A stretch of 64,000 bases of DNA from Candidatus Omnitrophota bacterium (GTDB taxonomy: Bacteria > Omnitrophota > Gorgyraeia > Tantalellales > Tantalellaceae). This document shows positions 9,434 to 18,500 of the stretch, piece by piece (position 1 is the stretch's first letter; each line of letters starts with the position of its first letter). The stretch spans positions 12,212 through 76,211 of the forward strand of contig JBDRNE010000115.1 of assembly GCA_043811395.1 (NCBI GenBank), given 5' to 3'. The notes beneath the pieces were generated by a model. The model worked only from the letters and a program-made list of their open reading frames with translations, did not search any database and was not told the DNA's origin. The position numbers and the translations under genes were made by a program.

Positions 9434-9550
9434 GGGGTCAGCCCTTGAAATGTGAAACTTGCTAATTTATTTACCTTAAGTTTCACATTTCAAGGGCTGA
9501 CCCCAAAGTACACTTTTCAAGGGCTGACCCCAAAGTACACCAAAGTACAT
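9434..9550. repeat. Long palindromic repeat element R1: a 27-bp stem hairpin plus tandem partial copies
   Basis: GGGGTCAGCCCTTGAAATGTGAAACTT (9434-9460) pairs with its reverse complement at 9478-9504. The direct repeat CAAGGGCTGACCCCAAAGTACAC occurs at 9491-9513 and 9518-9540. A second copy of the element lies at 39298-39395. Confidence 0.8.
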
Positions 9551-9576
9551 GAGTCAATTCGCTTTGAGCAATTACA

Positions 9577-9605
9577 TTGACAGAATAAATCATAGTGTAT
9601 ATAAT
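9577..9605 (+). promoter_or_regulatory. Consensus sigma-70 promoter upstream of lysS (TTGACA-17-TATAAT)
   Basis: TTGACA at 9577-9582, a 17-nt spacer, and TATAAT at 9600-9605. Confidence 0.6.
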
Positions 9606-9690
9606 TGGGTGAGGCTGAATGCCCTATGCATTTAGGGAGTAATACCGTATAAATAATATTAAACAATTTGGAATTCAAAAGGGTATCTTT

Positions 9691-11121
9691 ATGGAAGAAA
9701 AAAATGGGTTAGTTGAACAACGGTACAAAAATCTCGAAAAAATACAAAATCTGGGGGTCGATCCTTTTGGTAGAAGCATTTCCGGGATTCAAAGTATTCT
9801 TGCCGTTAAACGCGATTATAGCGAAGGCATGAAAGCTAAGATTGCCGGCAGAATAATGGCCAGCCGGGTACATGGGAAAAGTGTTTTTATGGATGTAAAA
9901 GATTTTGACGGCCGCATGCAGGTTTATTTTCGGCAGGATGTTGTCGGGGAGATTCCTTTTGATATGCTAAAAAGTTTGGATATAGGTGATATTGTAGCTC
10001 TCGAAGGCGAGCTTTTTAGGACAAGAACAGGGGAAGATACTGTTCTTGTAAAAGAATATGTTGTTTTGGCGAAGTCATTAGTGCCTCTTCCTGAAAAATG
10101 GCATGGTCTTAAAGATGTAGAAACAAGGTATCGGCAGAGGTACGTTGACTTAATAGTAAACGATACTGCCCGAGAGAAGTTTAAAACAAGATTAAGTCTT
10201 ATACGGAACATTAGAGAAACGCTTGACGTACGCGGTTTTTTAGAAGTGGAAACGCCCATGATGCATCCTATTCCGGGAGGGGCCGCGGGAAAACCTTTTA
10301 AAACACATCATCAGGCCTTGGACATGGATTTATATCTTCGTATCGCGCCGGAAATATATTTAAAAAAACTTTTAGTGGGTGGGTTTGAAAAAATTTTTGA
10401 AATTAACCGATCTTTTCGAAATGAAGGTATTTCTGCAAGGCATAACCCGGAATTTACAATGATGGAAGTGTATGAGGCTTATTCTGATTGCGAAGGCATG
10501 ATGAAGCTTACTGAAGACATCGTTCGCCGCGCGGCAAAAACTTTACTTGGCACAGAAAAATTTACATACCAGGGTAAGGATATTGATTTAACGGTTTGGA
10601 AACGGGTTTCATTCGCGGAACTTATGGAAGCAAATTTTGGGATTAAAGTTAGTGATCCTTTAAATGAGTGGATATCTAAGCTTAAAACAAAAGGCGTTGT
10701 AATCGAAGGCGATAAAGTCAGTAAAACTCAGATTCTTAATATTGTGGGTGAATTGGTTGAACCCGAGGCAGGAACACACCCAGTATTTGTTGTGGATATG
10801 TTCAAGGAACTAAGCCCGTTGGCTAAAGAGAAAGAGAATTCTCCCGGTATTGCTGACAGATTTGAACTTTATATGGGGGGAATGGAAATTGCCAACGCGT
10901 ATTCTGAACTAAACGATCCTATAGATCAACGAAAGAGATTTGAAGAGCAGGTCAAAGCGGATCCCTCTGCAATGATGGATGAAGATTTTATTCGGGCGCT
11001 TGAGTATGGCATGCCGCCTGCCGGTGGGTTAGGAATAGGCATTGATCGGCTTGCAATGATTTTTACGGATTCGGCAAATATTCGCGAAGTTATTCTTTTT
11101 CCGCATATGCGACCAGAGTAA
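9691..11121 (+). CDS. lysS: Lysyl-tRNA synthetase, class II
   Basis: It has an N-terminal OB-fold anticodon-binding region and class II motifs (FRNEGIS..., GGLGIGIDRL). The ATG follows AAAGGG. Confidence 0.9.
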   Translation: MEEKNGLVEQRYKNLEKIQNLGVDPFGRSISGIQSILAVKRDYSEGMKAKIAGRIMASRVHGKSVFMDVKDFDGRMQVYFRQDVVGEIPFDMLKSLDIGDIVALEGELFRTRTGEDTVLVKEYVVLAKSLVPLPEKWHGLKDVETRYRQRYVDLIVNDTAREKFKTRLSLIRNIRETLDVRGFLEVETPMMHPIPGGAAGKPFKTHHQALDMDLYLRIAPEIYLKKLLVGGFEKIFEINRSFRNEGISARHNPEFTMMEVYEAYSDCEGMMKLTEDIVRRAAKTLLGTEKFTYQGKDIDLTVWKRVSFAELMEANFGIKVSDPLNEWISKLKTKGVVIEGDKVSKTQILNIVGELVEPEAGTHPVFVVDMFKELSPLAKEKENSPGIADRFELYMGGMEIANAYSELNDPIDQRKRFEEQVKADPSAMMDEDFIRALEYGMPPAGGLGIGIDRLAMIFTDSANIREVILFPHMRPE

Positions 11122-11133
11122 TTTACATATGTT

Positions 11134-11211
11134 GTATGTCGTACATAGCATATCGCCTCAAAAGCCTTAAATTCTATATACGATGTACGACATACGATAC
11201 ACGACATACGA
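11134..11211 (+). promoter_or_regulatory. Inverted repeat plus tandem direct repeat immediately upstream of lolC/E (operator-like)
   Basis: GTATGTCGTACAT (11134-11146) pairs with ATGTACGACATAC (11183-11195). The direct repeat ACGACATACGA occurs at 11187-11197 and 11201-11211. Confidence 0.4.
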
Positions 11212-11216
11212 CAATT

Positions 11217-12428
11217 ATGTGGACATTTTTTCTAAGTGTAAAATATTTTTTCTCGAAGCGAAAAGAAGGCATGATTTCTTTGATCAGCGGAATTTCTGTC
11301 TCCGGAGTTGCTCTAGGTGTTGCCGCTCTCATAATAGTTTTGTCCGTAATGAATGGATTTGACTCAGAGGTTAAAAGCAAAATAATTGGTACTTACGCGC
11401 ATGTGATCATAATGCGGGAAGACGGTATAACAGATTATGCTTCTTTGGTCTCGCGAGTGGAGGCAGTTTCTGGGGTAGAACATGCTTCAGCTTTTGTTAC
11501 TGGGCAGGCCATCATCAAAAAGGGTGAGGCTATAAGCGGCATTATCCTAAAAGGTATAGATCCTCAAAAAGAGTCCGAAGTTACAAAGCTTATCAGTTAC
11601 ACGGGAGAATCTGGAGACAATCTGGGACCGGGAACGATAATTCTTGGAACAGAATTGTTGAAAAACGAAAATATTAATATTGGCGATATGATTGAAATTT
11701 TTGTGCCATATTCAGCCGTAGATTTTAGTAGGACTAAAGTAAAAGTTGTCGGCACTTTTAATTCGGGGCGGTATGATTATGACGCAAATATGGCTTTGGT
11801 TGATGTTAAAACCGCGCAACAGACTTTCAGATTGGATAATGCCGTTACAGGCATAGGTGTTAAGTTGACGGATGCAAACCGAGCTTATGCAATAAAAAAA
11901 CACTTTCAGTCTATCTTGGGATATCCCTATATGGTCAAAACGTGGATGGATCTTGACCGCAATCTGGTTTCCGCGCTTGCGTTGGAGAAAAAAATGATGT
12001 TTGTTATACTTGGTCTTATTATCATGGTGGCATGTTTTAATATTTCGGGGTCACTCATTATGATGGTGATGGAAAAAACAAGAGACATTGGCATTTTAAA
12101 AGCAATTGGCGCGAATGGCCGAGGTATAAGTTTGGTTTTTATTTTGCAGGGAATGTTGATAGGTGTATCAGGAGTAACCTTAGGGAGTTTTGCGGGATTA
12201 TACATCGCGACGAAAATTAATGTTGTAAGTAATTTTATAGAAAAAATTACGGGTGTGGCGGTGTTTCCGAGTGATGTTTATTATTTTACCGAAATACCAG
12301 TAGAGATAAAAAATAGTGACATTTTTTTAATTATTTCAATTGCTTTGTTTTTGTCAATAGCCGCGGGTATTTATCCGGCTTGGAAAGCGTCAAGATTGGA
12401 TCCGGTAGACGCGATTAGGTATGAATAA
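11217..12428 (+). CDS. lolC: Lipoprotein-release ABC permease, LolC/LolE (FtsX/MacB) family
   Basis: It has TM1 plus a periplasmic domain plus a C-terminal FtsX 3-TM bundle. The N-terminus (MWTFFLSVKYFFSKRKEG) matches the LolC/E start pattern. The track start at 11136 lies inside the upstream repeat structure. Confidence 0.8.
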   Translation: MWTFFLSVKYFFSKRKEGMISLISGISVSGVALGVAALIIVLSVMNGFDSEVKSKIIGTYAHVIIMREDGITDYASLVSRVEAVSGVEHASAFVTGQAIIKKGEAISGIILKGIDPQKESEVTKLISYTGESGDNLGPGTIILGTELLKNENINIGDMIEIFVPYSAVDFSRTKVKVVGTFNSGRYDYDANMALVDVKTAQQTFRLDNAVTGIGVKLTDANRAYAIKKHFQSILGYPYMVKTWMDLDRNLVSALALEKKMMFVILGLIIMVACFNISGSLIMMVMEKTRDIGILKAIGANGRGISLVFILQGMLIGVSGVTLGSFAGLYIATKINVVSNFIEKITGVAVFPSDVYYFTEIPVEIKNSDIFLIISIALFLSIAAGIYPAWKASRLDPVDAIRYE

Positions 12429-12477
12429 GCATTGAATGGCAAATTTATATTACAGGAGTATTTAAAAATAGGAAAAG

Positions 12478-13179
12478 ATGTTAAAGGCGCAGAATGTTAC
12501 AAAAATATTTAAACAGGGGATAAAGGACGTTATCGTTGTAAAAGATGCTAACTTGCATATTGCTAAAGGTGAGAGAGTATATGTATACGGTCCTTCCGGA
12601 GCCGGAAAATCTACACTGTTGCACATACTTGGAGGATTAACCCGTCCTACGGCAGGAAACGTGGCGCTTGAGGGAGAAAAGAATATATATGAAATTTCCC
12701 AAAACAGAAGAAGTTATATTCGAAATAGGTATTTTGGTTTTGTCTTTCAGTTTTTTTATCTTTTACCGGAGTTAAATGTACTGGAAAACGTTATGTTGCC
12801 GGCTGTTATTAGAGGGGAAGAAACTAAAAAAACCGTCAGGAATCGCGCTAGTGAACTTTTGGAAATTGTGCGTATGGATAAAAGAGTTTTGCATAGGCCA
12901 GCACAGCTTTCCGGAGGAGAATCCCAGCGTGTGGCGGTTGCTCGAGCATTAATAAATTTACCGGATATTTTGTTTTGCGATGAACCTACCGGTAATTTAG
13001 ATTCAGAATTACGCCAGGAAATCTATAGTCTGATAAAAAACGTTAGTGAAAAACGTAAAATGAGTGTTGTAATAGTTTCTCATCATTTGCTAAATGATGA
13101 TTTTTTTCATAGTGAATATTTAATGATGGATGGTAAAATAGAAAAGGAAAAAATCATTAAAGAGAATTATGTCGGATAA
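12478..13179 (+). CDS. lolD: ABC transporter ATP-binding protein (LolD-like)
   Basis: Walker A (GPSGAGKST), ABC signature (LSGGESQRV) and Walker B (ILFCDEPT) are present. It lies immediately downstream of the LolC/E permease. Confidence 0.85.
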   Translation: MLKAQNVTKIFKQGIKDVIVVKDANLHIAKGERVYVYGPSGAGKSTLLHILGGLTRPTAGNVALEGEKNIYEISQNRRSYIRNRYFGFVFQFFYLLPELNVLENVMLPAVIRGEETKKTVRNRASELLEIVRMDKRVLHRPAQLSGGESQRVAVARALINLPDILFCDEPTGNLDSELRQEIYSLIKNVSEKRKMSVVIVSHHLLNDDFFHSEYLMMDGKIEKEKIIKENYVG

Positions 13180-13292
13180 ATATTCGATGGTACGAATGAT
13201 GGAATTTTAGTGACATATTGAAAACTTACAGTATTAATTTTATTATGATAGATTTGTCAGTATACTCATAGATGACAGAAAGAAGGGTAATA

Positions 13293-14165
13293 ATGGGATC
13301 AAAGATATTTTTAAACGGAAACTTTGTTAATTCAGAAGACGCGGTAATATCTGTGTTTGACCATGGGGTGCTTTATGGTGATGGCGTTTTTGAGGGGATA
13401 AGGTCATATAATAGAAGAGTCTTTCGGCTTAAAGAGCATTTGGACAGGTTATATGCCAGCGCGGAGGGCATTAAACTGCAAATACCGATGTCTAAAAAGG
13501 ACTTCGGGGCTAAAATTTTGGAAACAGTTAAAATAAACGATTTAAATGACGCTTATATAAGAGTTGTTGTTACAAGGGGCATCGGGGATTTGGGTTTGGA
13601 TCCGCGTAAATGTAAAATTGCTACAGTGTTTATTATCGCCGGAAAAATAGCGTTGTATCCGGCTGATTATTATAGAAACGGATTGGCTATCGCAATAGCC
13701 AAAACAAAAAGAAATCATCCTGATTCGATTAACCCGAAAATAAAATCGTTAAATTATATCAATAACATTTTAGGTAAAATCGATGCCATAGAAGCTGGAA
13801 CCCAAGAAGCTTTAATGCTTTCAATCGACGGGTATGTCGCGGAGTGTACGGGTGATAATATTTTTATTGTTCGTGGTGGAAAACTTATAACTCCGCCTAG
13901 TGAAGTCGGCGCTCTTGAAGGAATAACTCAGAAAGCAGTTATTGAGCTTGCGGGAAAGAAAGGCATATTAGCGGAATATAAAAGAATGTTAATTGATGAA
14001 CTTTTTACCGCGGAAGAATGTTTTCTGACTGGTACAGCGGCAGAGATAATTCCAGTGGTGAAAATAGGGGATAAGGTTATTGGTGACGGGAATCCCGGAA
14101 GCATTACTCAGGCCTTACGGGAACAGTTTATAGAGTTAACCCTGAACGAAGGTGTTGAATATTAG
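13293..14165 (+). CDS. Class IV PLP aminotransferase (branched-chain / D-amino acid aminotransferase)
   Basis: It carries the fold-type IV signature (FDHGVLYGDGVFEGIRSY). The ATG at 13293 has an RBS (GAAGGG); the ATG at 13272 has none. Confidence 0.8.
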   Translation: MGSKIFLNGNFVNSEDAVISVFDHGVLYGDGVFEGIRSYNRRVFRLKEHLDRLYASAEGIKLQIPMSKKDFGAKILETVKINDLNDAYIRVVVTRGIGDLGLDPRKCKIATVFIIAGKIALYPADYYRNGLAIAIAKTKRNHPDSINPKIKSLNYINNILGKIDAIEAGTQEALMLSIDGYVAECTGDNIFIVRGGKLITPPSEVGALEGITQKAVIELAGKKGILAEYKRMLIDELFTAEECFLTGTAAEIIPVVKIGDKVIGDGNPGSITQALREQFIELTLNEGVEY

Positions 14166-14215
14166 AGAAGTTTTAAGAAGTATTTTATCAATAAACAAAC
14201 CATATAGGGAGATGT

Positions 14216-14722
14216 ATGAGGTGTAACATATGTGGGCGACGGGAAGCAACGGTACATTTGACTGAAGTAGTTAATGAGAAAGTGACAAAACTTCATCTTT
14301 GTGAAGAATGTGCTAAAGCCAAAAGTGATGAGATGCAGTCGCATTTCGGATTAGCTGAACTTTTGTCCGGGCTGGTGGATTTTAACCCGTCCGTATCGGA
14401 TGGACAACTAAAGAAAAACCTGACTACGAAGTGTCCGGTTTGCGGGATGACTTACTATGATTTTCAGAATACCGGACGGCTTGGATGCGGTACCTGTTAC
14501 GAAACGTTTTCAGATAAACTGAGTGAACTTTTGAAAAAAATTCATGGCGCAGACAGGCATACCGGAAAAGTTCCTTATAGAACCGCGAAAACTGCTAAAA
14601 CTGTGGTAAATGAAAAATCTATTAAAGATTTAAAAGATGAACTGAGCGAACTGGTTAAAAAAGAAGAATTTGAAAAAGCAGTTTTCTTAAGGGATAAAAT
14701 TAAAGATCTTGAAGAAAAGTAG
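14216..14722 (+). CDS. mcsA: McsA-like zinc-finger/UVR-domain protein (McsB activator)
   Basis: There are CxxC pairs (CNICG..CEEC and CPVCG..CGTC) and a C-terminal UVR motif (FEKAVFLRDKIKDLEE). It sits immediately upstream of mcsB. Confidence 0.75.
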   Translation: MRCNICGRREATVHLTEVVNEKVTKLHLCEECAKAKSDEMQSHFGLAELLSGLVDFNPSVSDGQLKKNLTTKCPVCGMTYYDFQNTGRLGCGTCYETFSDKLSELLKKIHGADRHTGKVPYRTAKTAKTVVNEKSIKDLKDELSELVKKEEFEKAVFLRDKIKDLEEK

Positions 14723-14763
14723 AGCAACTTGGATAACCTTTTCAAAAATAAAAGAGGAAATTT

Positions 14764-15816
14764 ATGAAATTAAATGATTTTTTATGCAAAAAAAGCGAAT
14801 GGCTTAAAGCTTCTGGTCCGAAGTCTAACGTTGCGATATCTACACGTGCGCGAGTAGCGCGCAATGTTGCGGGTCATTTGTATTTTAACCGTGCTGATAA
14901 TACTGAAAGAAAAAGAACACTTCAGACATTGGTGAGCGCTGTAAAGAAGACGAAAATGTTGAAAAAATCGCTCTATTTGCCTATCAACGATCTCTCAAAG
15001 CTGGATAGAAATTTTTTAGTCGAAAGACAGTTAATGAGCCGAGAGCATATGGTAGACGTGGAGCATAAGGGGTTGGTAGTTGAGGAAAATGAAATAGTAA
15101 GCCTTATGCTGAATGAAGAAGACCATTTAAGGATACAGGTTATCCAATCAGGATTTAGCATTATGGATACCTGGCGTATTTTGGATGAAATTGATACAGA
15201 GTTGGCTAACTATGTGTCTTTTGATTATTCGGATAAATTCGGATATTTAACGTCATGTCCTACAAATACAGGCACGGGTTTAAGGGCTTCAGTTATGTTA
15301 CATTTGCCGATTCTATCTATGACCGGGCAGATCGAAAATGTATTTAACGCAATTTCAAAACTAGGCCTGACAATGAGAGGGTTTTACGGCGAAGATACTG
15401 AAGCGGCGGGTGATTTTTTTCAAATTTCCAATCAGGTGGCGTTGGGGCATTCTGAAATGGATGTTTTGGATAATTTGGAAAGGATACTAAATAAAATTAT
15501 AATTCGTGAGGAAGCAAGCAGAAAAGAGCTTTTTTTGAAAAAGAAAGAAGAAATAAGCGACAGGATATTTCGGTCGTATGGCACTCTAAAAAGCGCGCGG
15601 ATAATAACTTCAAGTGAAACAATTAAATTGTTATCGTCTATAAGGTTAGGAATTGATCTTGGCTTGATTAAAGATATTAGTATCGAGAAAGTAAATGAAG
15701 TTTTGTTGTGTATGCAACCGGCGCATTTACAGAAAATAAACGGCCGGGAAATTTCTCCATACGAAAGAGACGTGAAGAGGGCAGACTTAATACGCGAAAA
15801 ACTTGTAAAGAAATAA
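14764..15816 (+). CDS. mcsB: Protein arginine kinase McsB (ATP:guanido phosphotransferase)
   Basis: The phosphagen-kinase active-site motif CPTNTGTGLR is present. The RBS is AAGAGGAAA. Confidence 0.9.
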   Translation: MKLNDFLCKKSEWLKASGPKSNVAISTRARVARNVAGHLYFNRADNTERKRTLQTLVSAVKKTKMLKKSLYLPINDLSKLDRNFLVERQLMSREHMVDVEHKGLVVEENEIVSLMLNEEDHLRIQVIQSGFSIMDTWRILDEIDTELANYVSFDYSDKFGYLTSCPTNTGTGLRASVMLHLPILSMTGQIENVFNAISKLGLTMRGFYGEDTEAAGDFFQISNQVALGHSEMDVLDNLERILNKIIIREEASRKELFLKKKEEISDRIFRSYGTLKSARIITSSETIKLLSSIRLGIDLGLIKDISIEKVNEVLLCMQPAHLQKINGREISPYERDVKRADLIREKLVKK

Positions 15817-15915
15817 CCAGAGAATAGGCCTTTCAATAGCAAAATAAGGCAAGGATTATTATAAGATCTAACGTGAAAAACACTGGATCAAAGATATGAA
15901 GTTTTGATATGTTTC

Positions 15916-15937
15916 GGACAGGCACAGGGACCTGTCC
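15916..15937 (+). promoter_or_regulatory. GC-rich hairpin GGACAGG-N8-CCTGTCC in the 174-bp mcsB-clpC spacer
   Basis: The stems are perfect 7-bp pairs. They are embedded in the 13-mer TTTCGGACAGGCA, which also occurs at 37039-37051. Confidence 0.4.
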
Positions 15938-15990
15938 CTACATCAATAAATCAGCTAATCGGTTAACCAAAGAAGTAGGAGGAGTAAAGA

Positions 15991-18441
15991 ATGCCAGCAT
16001 TTAACAGATTTACAGAAAGGGCGAGAAAAGTTATTCTTTTAGCTAAAGAAGAAGCAAAAAATCTTAACCATGATTATATCGGGACGGAACATGTCTTATT
16101 GGGCTTGATTAAAGAAGGCGAAGGTGTAGCCGCCGCGGTATTGACTAGTCTTGGTATGGATTCTGATAAAATTCGCAGTGAAGTTGAAAAACTTGTTCAG
16201 CCGGGTTCGTCAAAAATTACGGATAGAGATATACCTTTTACGCCGCGCGCAAAGAAAGTTATTGAACTTGCGATGGATGAAGCGCGTAATCTTGGACATA
16301 ACTATATCGGAACAGAGCATATATTATTGGGTCTTATACGCGAAGGCGATGGCGTGGCAAGCCAAGTTCTCTTGAATGTGGGGCTTGATCTTAAAACTGT
16401 GAGAGATGAGGTTTTGAGTCTGTTGGGATCATCGGTGCCCGGATATAGCGCGCTTTCAGACTCGGACACGAAACGTAAAAAACGGACGAAAACTCCGGCT
16501 TTGGATTCTTTCGGCAGGGATCTTACGGAAATGGCAAGCCAAGATGAGTTGGATCCTGTGATTGGTAGAGATAAAGAAATACAAAGGGTTATTCAGATTC
16601 TAAGTAGGCGTAAAAAGAATAATCCTATTCTAATAGGGGAAGCCGGTGTTGGAAAAACTGCTATTGTTGAAGGGTTGGCGCAGAAGATAGTCGCGGGAGA
16701 TATTCCTGAAGTCTTGAAGGGGAAACGTCTTTTAATCCTGGATTTAGCAATGATGATTGCTGGGACAAAATATCGCGGACAGTTTGAGGAGCGGATAAAA
16801 GCTGTTATGAAAGAAATAAAGGACACACCTGAGGTTATGGTTTTTATTGATGAAATCCATACTCTTGTGGGAGCGGGCGGCGCGGAAGGCGCGATAGATG
16901 CGTCAAATATTTTAAAACCTTCCTTACAAAGAGGAGAAATTCAGTGTATTGGAGCTACGACATTAGATGAATATCGAAAAAATATTGAGAAAGATCCGGC
17001 TTTGGAAAGAAGGTTTCAGCCGGTAACGGTTGACCCTCCAAGCGTTGAAGAAACTATAAAAATATTAAATGGGTTACGGGATAAATATGAGGCTCATCAT
17101 AAGATAAAATTTTCAGATAAAGCGTTGGAAGCCGCGGCGAAAATGTCGGATCAATACATTAGCGGTCGGTTTCTGCCGGATAAAGCCATTGATCTTATTG
17201 ATGAAGCCGGATCCAAAGCTAAACTGTCAACGATGGTAATGCCTAAAGAGTTAACTGAAGAAGAAAAAAAAATAGAAGAAATTAAACGCGAAAAAGAAGA
17301 AGCAGTTAAAGAGCAGGATTTTGAAAAAGCCGCGCGGGTCAGAGATTCGGAACGTAAAGCTAGGGAGGAGCTGGAACAGAAAAAAGTTGAATGGAAAAGC
17401 GGAAAGAATAAACAAGATGTTATAGTTTCCGATGAAGATATAGCGTCTATTGTTTCAGATTGGACGGGAATTCCGTTAATTAAAGTTGAAGAAAAAGAAT
17501 CAGAAAAATATCTCAGGTTGGAAGAGGGGTTAAAAGCGCGAGTAGTCGGCCAGGATGAGGCTATAACAGCTATCGCTCACGCGGTCAGACGTTCACGCGC
17601 GGGAATAAAGGATCCCAATCGGCCTATAGGAACTTTTATTTTTATGGGGCCTACGGGCGTAGGAAAAACGTTATTAGGCAGGAAACTGGCTGAAATAATG
17701 TTCGGGGATGAGGATGCTATTATCCAAATCGATATGTCTGAATACATGGAGAAGTTCAATGTGTCCAGATTGGTCGGTGCGCCTCCCGGGTATATTGGGT
17801 ATGAGGAAGGCGGCCAGTTAACAGAAAAAGTAAGAAGACGTCCTTATGCGGTAGTGCTTCTTGATGAAATTGAAAAAGCTCATCCGGATGTTTTTAATAT
17901 ACTTCTTCAGCTTTTAGATGAAGGCCGTCTTACGGATTCTTACGGCAGGAAGGTGAGTTTTAAAAATACAATACTCATTATGACGTCCAATATCGGCGCG
18001 AATTTACTTAAAAAAACAGGGGCGATAGGATTTAAAACTCAGGAGGAAGAAGAAGGGTATAAAGAAATGAAGGGAAGGCTTTTGGAAGCCGTAAAGAAAA
18101 CTTTTAAACCGGAATTTTTGAATAGAGTTGATGATGTTATTGTGTTCAGAAGTTTGACAAGAGCCGATCTGAAGCAGATAGTCGAGATAGAAATAAAAGA
18201 AGTGGCGGAACGTTTAAAAGAAAAAAGCATTGAGTTAATTCTTGATAGCAAGGCGAAAGTTTTTCTTATTGAAAGAGGGTTTGATAAGATTTTTGGAGCC
18301 AGACCCCTTAAAAGGATTATTCAGCGATATCTTGAAAATCCTTTGGCTGAGGAAATTTTAGCGGGAACATTTAAAGACGGGGCTAAAATTAAAGTAACCG
18401 CGCAAAAAGGAAAAACGGAATTAAAATTTGTAAAGGGATAA
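15991..18441 (+). CDS. clpC: Clp ATPase ClpC (class III stress-response AAA+ chaperone)
   Basis: Two Clp_N repeats are followed by AAA-1 (GEAGVGKT), a middle UVR motif, AAA-2 (GPTGVGKT) and a ClpB_D2-small domain. The RBS is AGGAGGA. Confidence 0.95.
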   Translation: MPAFNRFTERARKVILLAKEEAKNLNHDYIGTEHVLLGLIKEGEGVAAAVLTSLGMDSDKIRSEVEKLVQPGSSKITDRDIPFTPRAKKVIELAMDEARNLGHNYIGTEHILLGLIREGDGVASQVLLNVGLDLKTVRDEVLSLLGSSVPGYSALSDSDTKRKKRTKTPALDSFGRDLTEMASQDELDPVIGRDKEIQRVIQILSRRKKNNPILIGEAGVGKTAIVEGLAQKIVAGDIPEVLKGKRLLILDLAMMIAGTKYRGQFEERIKAVMKEIKDTPEVMVFIDEIHTLVGAGGAEGAIDASNILKPSLQRGEIQCIGATTLDEYRKNIEKDPALERRFQPVTVDPPSVEETIKILNGLRDKYEAHHKIKFSDKALEAAAKMSDQYISGRFLPDKAIDLIDEAGSKAKLSTMVMPKELTEEEKKIEEIKREKEEAVKEQDFEKAARVRDSERKAREELEQKKVEWKSGKNKQDVIVSDEDIASIVSDWTGIPLIKVEEKESEKYLRLEEGLKARVVGQDEAITAIAHAVRRSRAGIKDPNRPIGTFIFMGPTGVGKTLLGRKLAEIMFGDEDAIIQIDMSEYMEKFNVSRLVGAPPGYIGYEEGGQLTEKVRRRPYAVVLLDEIEKAHPDVFNILLQLLDEGRLTDSYGRKVSFKNTILIMTSNIGANLLKKTGAIGFKTQEEEEGYKEMKGRLLEAVKKTFKPEFLNRVDDVIVFRSLTRADLKQIVEIEIKEVAERLKEKSIELILDSKAKVFLIERGFDKIFGARPLKRIIQRYLENPLAEEILAGTFKDGAKIKVTAQKGKTELKFVKG

Positions 18442-18500
18442 GTTCTGCTTTGTGAAAAGTATTATCTTGAGTGGATAAAATCTTAACTGGATGGGTTTTT

